This document shows positions 56,397-64,000 of a DNA stretch of 64,000 nt, piece after piece. Both the position numbers and the translations under genes were made by a program. Origin of the DNA: Caecitellus pseudoparvulus (Eukaryota > Protista > Bigyra: Bicosoecida). The notes under the pieces are model-generated. The model was given only the letters and a program-made list of their open reading frames with translations. It made no database searches and was not told the DNA's origin. The stretch is taken from NCBI GenBank assembly GCA_965644315.1, contig CBFFRQ010000080.1:425580-489579 (forward strand). Reading direction: 5' to 3'. Numbering within the stretch: position 1 is the stretch's first letter; every line of letters begins with the position of its first letter.

Positions 56397-56477
56397 AACC
56401 GTCAGATAAGGCTTCAAATTGATCCTCAGATGCGGTGAGCATCAGTACAGGTCTGTGAGAAGAATCATCACCCGGCC
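56397..56477 (-). ncRNA. SNORD25: C/D-box snoRNA, U25/SNORD25 (yeast snR56) homolog guiding SSU rRNA Gm in ACAGGUCUGUGA
   Basis: The minus strand reads box C GTGATGA (56471-56465), guide TCACAGACCTGT (56458-56447), D' CTGA, C' TGAGGA and D CTGA (56405-56402), with a short terminal stem GCCG/CGGT. The guide is a perfect 12-nt complement of conserved 18S ACAGGTCTGTGA. Confidence 0.9.
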
Positions 56478-56503
56478 AGCGACACACACACGTCACACCG
56501 CAC

Positions 56504-56587
56504 AAGCCTCAGAATAACGAGATTCCAAACGATATAGTTCAGCACATAGTTGCTCTGTTGTCCCTATCGTTTTTTCGTCACCGGCGC
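56504..56587 (-). ncRNA. Double-guide C/D-box snoRNA for LSU rRNA (U74/snR64-like guide at D', U30-like guide at D)
   Basis: The minus strand reads C GTGACGA (56581-56575), guide GATAGGGACA with D' CAGA, C' GTGCTGA, guide GGAATCTCGTTA with D CTGA (56512-56509), and a GCC/GGC terminal stem. Both guides complement the conserved LSU stretch TAACGAGATTCCCACTGTCCCTATC. Confidence 0.85.
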
Positions 56588-56999
56588 ACACTCGCAGCAT
56601 AGTCCACTCGGCGTCGGTGTGTTCGTCGTCCGCCGCAGCCACAGGCACACACCACAGGCACACAAACGGGGTGCAGCGCACACAAACACGTACAACGAAG
56701 AGAATCCTTGCATTGGCTCTTGAAGGCAATCATGCTTGATTCCCCACCTTCTGCCGTGGGGCAGGACAGCCTGGCAAAAGGTGGAAGCGGAAATCGATTC
56801 GTCAGTTGGACCTGCACCAACTCCAAACTCGCAGCCACACGGGTGAGGAGAGGGGATAGCTGAACCCTCTGTTAGCTGTGTCGCCAGGACGTGTTGTGGT
56901 TCGTAAGTGTGTTACCGGGCAGCCATTGAGCGCGGACTGCTTGCTGGCAGCCCCCCCCCCAAAGGTGCCGTTACCCCCCCTCCCTGGAGTTACCCCTGT

Positions 57000-58183
57000 C
57001 TACAAAAACACCCTCTGAAGCCAAGTGGTGGGAGCCATGCACACTGGACAGTGCAGCCGTTGGCCCTGTCGAGGGGGTTGTGCCTGCCCGTTTCCATCAA
57101 TGTTGAGCAGCTGCAAGAGGCTGCAGGAAATGCAGGTGGACAGGTGCCGGCAAGGAAGGGACATGACCGCTCGTCGGTTCCGCAGGCAGATGACACAGCG
57201 CACGGGCTCCCCAGCGTCGTCATCCAGCACTTCCTGGTCGTCTTCGGGATTGAAGTCCTCTGGTTTAGTCATGGCTGGCCCGGGCAGCCCGCCCAGCGCA
57301 CGCAGCACCGGCAGTCCCTGCTCAAGCTCCACGTCAGGCAAGTGTCGCTGCTGCCGCACAGCTGCCACGGCTTCGCGCAGGATGCGCATGGGGTCAGGGA
57401 TGGGCTGGTGGTTGCGGCCGTCTTGCCAGGAGGGGAACTCTGTGCGCTTGCCACGGCACCACTGCCACACGCGCCAGGCATAGTGCGGGTGTTCAGATGC
57501 AACGATGCTCAGGCACAGAGCCGAGATGCTGGCCGAGAGGCCAGTCAGCAGCAACAACACTCGCACTTCTTCACGTGTTCCTTTCTTCATATCTTGCAAG
57601 CTTTTTGGTACAAAGGCTCCCAGCCCCCCCCACGACCCCAGGGCGTACTTGCCCTCCGATGTCATGCGCAGTGCGCCCACGATTGTTGTCGTGTCCCCAG
57701 CAGGAATGACCATGTCCCGCGTGCGCAGGTACCGCCGGACAGAAGCAAGGAAGAAAGCGAACATTGACTTGGCAGCTGTGATGTCCACATCATCCTTCAC
57801 CAAACCGGATTGGACGAGGCCACCCCGCGCCGCCGGATTGAGGTACTTCTCCATGCCTTTCTTCAAGCACCCAGGCTGTACAGGCAGGGGCGTGCCGCCA
57901 GAAGCCAGGAACCAAGGCACCTCCTTTATGGTGCGTGTGAGGTTTTGCTGCAGCTTCGTGATGCCATGCATGCCTGTGGGGGTGCTGACAGTGGGGGACA
58001 GCATCGCCATGGCAGCCAGTCCGAAGGGAGAGATGATGGGCACGCAGTCTGCGACAAAGGAGACCTCTCGGCGGCGCAGGACACAGGGCTGGTCCACCAA
58101 GGACTTCAACGGGGTGGTCTGGGCTGCAGGCGTTGCGGTTCCCAGCACTGCCACAGGGTACTCTGCCTCAGCCTTGGTGCGGT
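57000..58183 (-). pseudogene. 3' part of a MUL1/MAPL/SP1-like E3 ubiquitin ligase (GIDE-like region, TM, C3HC4 RING) cut by the retrotransposon at 58183/58184
   Basis: C-terminal CVICL...LPCRHLSTCISC...CPVC...QRVF RING preceded by a TM (VLLLLTGLSASISALCLSIV) and a GIDE-like 'RDMVIPAGDTTTIVG' segment. Upstream, the reading frame runs straight into element repeat A1. Confidence 0.7.
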
Positions 58184-58360
58184 ACCGAGGTTGCCGGCAC
58201 CCCAGCCGGCAACCATGTTTCCCGGCAGGAGGGGCGGCGGGCAGTCCCACGCTAGTGGCACAATTGTCCCCCGCCGCCCCAACGCAGAGTAGACGACGGC
58301 AGGACCGGGCATGACAAAACCAGTCATTAGCCGGCCTCGTCACTCTCTTTCCTTTTTTTT
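58184..58360 (+). repeat. Split direct repeat A1 (177 bp)
   Basis: Identical by eye to 63669-63845. Confidence 0.95.
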
Positions 58361-58364
58361 CGAG

Positions 58365-60448
58365 ATGGCATCGGATGATCCAGCTTCCAGCGACACGGAG
58401 GGCGGAAGCTGGGAGGACATCCACGACAAAATGATGTCTGTCAACTCCGCCAAGCAAGCCAAGGCGCTCATAACGGAGCAGGAGTTCGAGTACTGGCTGA
58501 AGTGGGCGGATTCTGAGGATTTTGGTAAGATGGAGGCCGCTTGGCGCCTCCGGGAGGTGCCCGAGGGATTCCGGGCAGATCGCATGCGATCCCTCATTGC
58601 GGGCAGAGCTTTCCGCCTCCCCGCTGACGGTGCCCCTCATCGCGCAGGCGGCTCACCACGGGGGCACGGCACGAAGCGAACCCGTCCGCGCGGTGCGAGC
58701 AGTGGCACGCCCTACGGCCCGCACCTACCCCCGCGCCCGACCCAGCCGGACGCAGTCGCAGGCGACCTCCCGCAAGATCCCGCCACAGTGCTTACGTGGT
58801 TCCTGCAGAGGGGAGCGACGGTGCCGAGCGAGGACGTCGCCGTGCAGCTGCAGTTCTACGTGGGCTTGGCAACGGAGGAGACATCGCCGTACGCCCTCTC
58901 CGCTTGGCCTCCACGGCGCTTCGCCGCATGGTGCAGACTCAACGGTATTCCCCCCGACCTCACCCCCGACGACATCGTGATGCATTTGCAGCGGGTCCTG
59001 GAGGCCGCGCTGGCGGGCGACGACGACTTTGGCGACGACGATGCCGGCGCCCCGTTCTTTCCCGTTTTCCCGGGCACCACACCGGATGCCGCCCGGTTAC
59101 AGCCCCGTGCGGCGGCCCCGGGTCACCCCCCGGCCTCCAAGAGGCACAGGGCGGCCTATAGCCCGCAGCCCCCCCCTCCCCCGTGGGGCGGCGGAGCCTC
59201 GCCGGCAGTCCACCCCGAAGGCGGGTCGGCTGTTTTCGGTCACATGGGGGAGAACAGCGGTCGGTCGTCGCCAGCCGACGAGGTACTGGTCACTGTAGGC
59301 GCGCTGCGGGTCATTGGGCCGACCGCACACCCCTCGTCGGCGGTGGCCCGGGACCGCCTGTCAGCCTTGGGGGCAGTTTTCGCTGCGGGGACCACAGACG
59401 CCTTGACCACGGTGGCTGTCGAGATGGCTGAGGCTGCTGCACGAGAGGTGCCCGCAGCAACGGGCCCAGTGCCGTCAGGTACGTTCCTGTCCCGCCAGCT
59501 CCCCCCCCACTCGCCCCGCGTGCCCGCTCCCGGCGACCCGTCCTGGCTCACAGCCCCCGGCGATGAGGTAGCCCCGCCGTCCGCGTCGGTCATGATGGAC
59601 GACGCTATGGACGTAGTGACTGCTGTACGCCTGGTGCAAGGGAGGGTGGAAGTTACAGTTGACCCAACCCATCTAGTGGCAGTAACTGGGGCGGGTGCCC
59701 TGTCGGCATGCCACATGCTGGGCAACCGTGGGGGCGCTTGGTGGCTTGCTGCGATGACCAGGGACTTGCTGACGGCGCCTTCCGACGACCTCCACCGCTC
59801 CCTCCGAGCGTTCTGGTGGAAGTGGGCGTCCGAGGTGCCCGCCCTGGCAGACCAGCGGGGCCTGTGCCGAGCCATGGCGTGCGCACTCCTGATCACAATC
59901 GCAGTGCGGGCCGTGGCGCAGACCGCCGCTGCGTTGCCCGAAGGCCAGCGCAGGCGATGGGCCCAGCTGACGTGGGCCTCCTGGGTGGCCACGTTCCGCA
60001 CTAACGCCACCATTGTCATGATGGCGTCGGCGACGGGGCAAGCACTGGTGGCCAGCTCGCTGGCGCGCGAGGCATGGGCGGCCGGGGCCGCCGCCACACC
60101 GATGCCAGGTGCGGGGGCGGCCCGGCGCAAACCCCCGCTCGTGGCCCTCCCGCGGGGCTGTACCGGCAGGACGACCCGAGCACATTCGTGTGGTGCCCCG
60201 GGTGCGTCGGATCCGACCGGCGGCGCCGGTCGCTGGCATCCTGCCCACGCCTGGCCCAGCATGTGGCCCACCTGCGCCGGACCCACACAGTCGGAGGTAA
60301 GCCCGCAGAACTTACCCAGGCGCAGGCAGTGGCCATGCTGGTGCGCCAGTGGGAGCGGAAGGTGGCATCCAAGGGACGTGACTTCCAGCGGCGCATGCAG
60401 CCCCGCGCTGTCACCACGGCCATGGTGGAGGCAGCTCTCAGCCTCTAG
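58365..60448 (+). CDS. Retrotransposon ORF1 (gag-like), with an apparent -1 frameshift near 60130-60150 leading into a C2H2-like zinc finger
   Basis: ATG sits just after A1. After the shift the product reads GLYRQDDPSTFVWCPGC...LAQHVAHLRRTH and ends at TAG 60446-60448. The gag assignment is positional. Confidence 0.6.
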
Positions 60449-62666
60449 GAGGTGGGCCGGAGCGCGGTGGTGAGAGCGACCACGGGGTACCGGGCCGTGC
60501 CCGTGGAGTGGAGGGCTGCCGCCCCGCTCTCGACAGACCACCGCGCCATGGCCGTGCTCATCGAATCAATGGTCCAGCAGCTGCATGGGGACCGTTGTTG
60601 GACTCCACCGGGGCTCTTCGAGGACATCTTGCGTGGGGGCTTGGACTGGGGCCCCCACCCCGTGGTCTCATACTGGGGTTGCCAGGAGGCCCACGCTGAC
60701 GTGTGTCCCGCATGCGGCGAGACCACTTCCAGATTACGGCAGCTTGAGCGGTGCGCAGCCATGCGACTGCTCACCGTGGTCACGCTGCGCGGGTGGGACC
60801 CCGCTTGGCTGCTGTTCCGCCGCCCCCCGGCAGCGGCATCCCCGTCCTCGGCATACGTGCTGCAGCCGCACGACGAGCGGGCGGTGGCAGCGGCCTATGA
60901 CGCCTTCGCGGCTGCGCGCGTGCTGCAGCCGGTCACCCCCCAGCAGCTGCAGCAGCACCGAAAGATGGGGGGCCAGCCGCTTCTGCCTTCGTTGTCACGA
61001 CATGGGCCCCCCAGCCGGGCGTCAGCGACGAAGCTCTGCGACAGTGGGCTGCTGCGAACCCAGGCGAGGCGGTGCAGGCCGCCAGCTCTTCCCGCGCGCC
61101 CGCCCGCCCGAGCCGCCTGTTCCGGGCCAAGCAGCGGGTGGTGTACGATCTGGCAGCCGTCAACCAGGCCTCAGTGAGCCCCCCATTCCACTACCCCACG
61201 CTGGAGAGCTGGGCGCTGCGCCTCCCGCCGAACTCGGACTGTGTTGTCCTGGACGTGGAAGCAGGGTACACGGCCATCCCCATCGCTCCGTCGGGCGCCG
61301 GACTGTTCACCATGCTCGCCCAGGGCAGGCCAGCCTTCCGCATGCTTCGGATGGCCTTCGGGTACAGCCCGGCCGGGGCCATTTTCTGCTTTTTTTCTGG
61401 ACTTCTGGGCGCCAAGATCGAAGCGGCGTTCCCAGCAGGGCATGTGGTTGTGTACGTAGACGACGTCGGGCTTGGGGGAGCTACGTTGGGGCCACGGCCA
61501 TCGATCGTGCCCAAGATAACTCAACTGTTCGAGGACGTGGGCTTCCGGGTGTCGCGCAAGAAGACGCAAGGGCCACAGCGCGTCGTTCAGTACTTGGGGA
61601 TGGTGGTCAGGTGTGCCCCGTGTGGGGTGTACCTTGAGTGTCCTCAAGCCAAACGAACTCAGCTGCGGTGGCAGCTGGCCGCGGTCCTTAATCGCCTCGG
61701 CGCTTGCTCCACCATCCCCAAGCGCGTTTTCGCCGCGGTCACAGGGCGCTTGCACGGCCTGTCGGCCGTGGTGCCCCACGCAAAACAAACGCTGTCGCTC
61801 TTGTACGACACCATGCGCACACACAAGTACCGCGTCGGCCCCCCGGCGCTCTCGTGCCTGTCCCCCCGGCGTCGCACGGGGCCCTGCGGACCCTCCTTGA
61901 GGCCCTCGGTGGGCCGTTATCGACGGGCCCGATGCGCCCGCTCTCCCCACTGTCAAGCAGGTGGCGCGCCGCCCTCTTTGGCTCGTGCGACGCGTCGGGG
62001 GAAGGCGGGCTGGGGGCAACAGTGTCGAGGTGGGCAGGGCCAGGAGAACGCACAGACTCCGCTTGGTACGCGTCCATGCGCATCCCCGGCACAGCCCCGG
62101 GCGAGGAGCTCGTGGGAGCCTCCACGATGCTGGAGCTGTACGCAATCGCCTTGGCTATGGCAATGGCGCGGCATGTTTTTCCCGAGCCGGGGCCGCTGCT
62201 GCTATGCCTAGCTGCGGACAGCCAGGCAGCGGTGGCGCTGGCGCGACGAGGGTACAGCAAGCACAGCCGTGAACTCACGCGCGTCTGCGGGGTCCTCGAG
62301 CGGGTTTCCCGCGTTTTGGACGTCCACTTGGCGCCTCGGTGGATCCCGAGGAGCCTGAATTGGCGGGCGGACGCCCTCAGCCACCCCGAAAGGGTGGATA
62401 GCAGCACACCGGCAGCGCTCGGCCTCCCGCCAGGGCAACCAGCCGAGCTGGAGGTATCAGCAGGGGGAAGCAGCGCCGCTGAGCGGTGGCATGATGTGTC
62501 CCTAGACGTAGGGCCGTCGGGAAAGGCCGGGGCGGGCACCGCGTGGATTCACTCAGCTCAACTCTCCGTCGCCCTGCACAGACACACTCTGGATAAGGAA
62601 GCAGACCTTCTGGCAGATGATCAGGGCCATCCCCGCGTCCCCGATCAGCAGGATTCACCAACATAG
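60449..62666 (+). CDS. Retrotransposon pol: reverse transcriptase + RNase H (two apparent -1 frameshifts, ~60970 and ~61840)
   Basis: RT motifs KQRVVYDL..VN, LDVEAGY, MAFGYSPAG, YVDD and KKT...VQYLGM. RNase H motifs CDAS...GLG, LELYAI, ADSQAAV and WIPRSLNWRADALS. Confidence 0.9.
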
Positions 62667-63514
62667 GCTGGCAAAGGGGACGGTGGTCAAGTACGTTCGC
62701 GCGGTTGCTGGCCTGATCAGGGCCGCTCCAGCACCCCGGGACAGGGCGCGGACCATGGTGGGCATCTTAACGGGCGGCGTGGCCGCAGGCAGATGGGCCC
62801 CCCATCGGGCGAAGCAGATCCTGGCGCAATGGGTCGGTGGTTTTAGGTATCTGGGCCTGCCAATCCCGTCGCTAGCCCCGCTGGGGCTCACAGTCGGCAG
62901 CATCTGCCGGGCAATCCGCCGGCTCCACCGAGGGAGAGGGGAGCAACACCGCCGCCCTATCAGCAAAGAACAAGTCATGGAGGCCATGAAGCGGGCATGG
63001 GACGGGCCACACCTCGGGAGGCATGCCCCAACTGCCGCCGCAGCTATCTACATCGGCTTTCATGGCATGTGCAGGCCGGGAGAGCTCCGGGGCCTGCGAT
63101 GGGAGGAGTTGCACTTCGGGCGGGCGGGCCCCCTGCAGTGGGTGGAGGCCAGGGTCACGGATAAAACGCACCTGAGTGCAAACCGCCACATCCAGGTGGT
63201 GCGCCAGGCCGAGTGGGCGGGGGCCTTCGACCGCCTCCGGGAGCAGGCCCGGGACAAGCGGGGAAGCCTGCTCCCAAGGTGGGCGTGGCTCAGCCTGCAA
63301 GGCATCCTGAAGGCTGTAGCGGGCGTGTCCTTGGCCCACCTGAGACCCGGGGGCAATATGTTCTGGACAGGCCGGGCCCCCGACGTCTTGGTGGAGCACG
63401 CGGCGGGCTGGGCGGCTGGCTCCCCCACCCGGGCACGATACTACACCCAGGGGGGGGGAGGGGGCGAGGCTGTGGCACGAGGCCATGACACCCAGGGGAG
63501 GAAGCAAGCATTGA
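62617..63514 (+). CDS. Retrotransposon tyrosine recombinase (as assembled the ORF runs to 63777; the probable true stop is 63512-63514)
   Basis: Contains GFHGMCRPGEL (catalytic R), DKT (K), AHLRPGG (HxxR-like), AGW (W) and ARYY (Y). Confidence 0.88.
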
Positions 63515-63519
63515 AAAGT

Positions 63520-63663
63520 ATTGGCGGGTGCCGCAAGGAGGCGTCCCCTCCCCCAAGAGATGCAGCGAGCCCTGGTGGCCGCTGGCATAGAGGGGGGAGG
63601 GGACGGCCTCGAGGCGGGCCCAGTTCAATGCATTTCGATTGCCACGCACAACGCACCAACACG
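63520..63663 (+). repeat. Split direct repeat B1 (at least 144 bp)
   Basis: Identical by eye to 63857-64000. Confidence 0.95.
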
Positions 63664-63668
63664 AGGGA

Positions 63669-63845
63669 ACCGAGGTTGCCGGCACCCCAGCCGGCAACCA
63701 TGTTTCCCGGCAGGAGGGGCGGCGGGCAGTCCCACGCTAGTGGCACAATTGTCCCCCGCCGCCCCAACGCAGAGTAGACGACGGCAGGACCGGGCATGAC
63801 AAAACCAGTCATTAGCCGGCCTCGTCACTCTCTTTCCTTTTTTTT
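63669..63845 (+). repeat. Split direct repeat A2
   Basis: Copy of 58184-58360. Confidence 0.95.
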
Positions 63846-63856
63846 TCTTTTTCTCG

Positions 63857-64000
63857 ATTGGCGGGTGCCGCAAGGAGGCGTCCCCTCCCCCAAGAGATGC
63901 AGCGAGCCCTGGTGGCCGCTGGCATAGAGGGGGGAGGGGACGGCCTCGAGGCGGGCCCAGTTCAATGCATTTCGATTGCCACGCACAACGCACCAACACG
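63857..64000 (+). repeat. Split direct repeat B2 (cut by the window edge)
   Basis: Copy of 63520-63663. Confidence 0.95.

Larger units (their letters stand above)
58184..64000 (+). mobile_element. Ngaro-type (DIRS superfamily) tyrosine-recombinase retrotransposon with split direct repeats, ~5.8 kb; the right end lies at or just past the window edge
   Basis: Arrangement is A1 - gag - RT/RNase H - YR - B1 - A2 - B2, with YVDD RT, RNase H and tyrosine recombinase motifs. Confidence 0.93.

Noticed and set aside
56493-56838. Short minus-strand ORFs in the ORF track
   Set aside because: They overlap the snoRNAs and intron and have no protein-like features.
57000-58640. 546-aa ORF as a native full-length gene
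   Set aside because: Its first ~152 codons are antisense retrotransposon sequence (gag and repeat A1).
63515-63777. C-terminal extension of the YR ORF through repeats B1/A2
   Set aside because: It probably results from a G-run length error at ~63450. The alternative frame gives ARLWHEAM...KH-stop just before B1.
56254-64000. Endogenous virophage or Polinton context around the Ngaro element
   Set aside because: There is no AT-rich island and no capsid, packaging ATPase or pPolB gene. The left flank is a cellular gene.

Overview
This is GC-rich, gene-dense eukaryotic nuclear DNA with short GT-AG introns. It comes from a flagellated protist (it carries CEP164-like and IFT46 genes), most plausibly a heterotrophic stramenopile; the lineage is an inference. 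Bases 1-56,250 hold about 23 housekeeping or hypothetical genes. These include CEP164-like, PTEN, a giant cNMP-binding protein, an S41-like peptidase, an EPC-like protein, a C45/acid-ceramidase-like hydrolase, poly(A) polymerase, mitochondrial uL13, IFT46, FAM210-like, COPE, TIM50, Aquarius, a SET-domain methyltransferase, IMPACT, a WD40 protein, an SLC25 carrier, a GAF-like putative transcription factor and SCAPER. The last 8 kb holds the most notable signals. (1) Two tandem C/D-box snoRNAs lie on the minus strand (about 56,397-56,587) inside an apparent long intron and are invisible to the ORF track. One is U25/snR56-like; the other is a double-guide RNA with U74/snR64-like and U30-like antisense elements. 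(2) A nearly complete 5.8-kb Ngaro-type tyrosine-recombinase retrotransposon (58,184 to beyond 64,000) has split direct repeats A1...B1-A2-B2 and gag, RT-RNase H and YR ORFs. Its terminal repeats are strongly structured, a single in-frame UAG separates gag from pol, and it has inserted into the coding region of a MUL1/SP1-like RING E3 ligase gene. All calls were made by eye from motifs. No database search or folding program was run, and exon boundaries are manual inferences.
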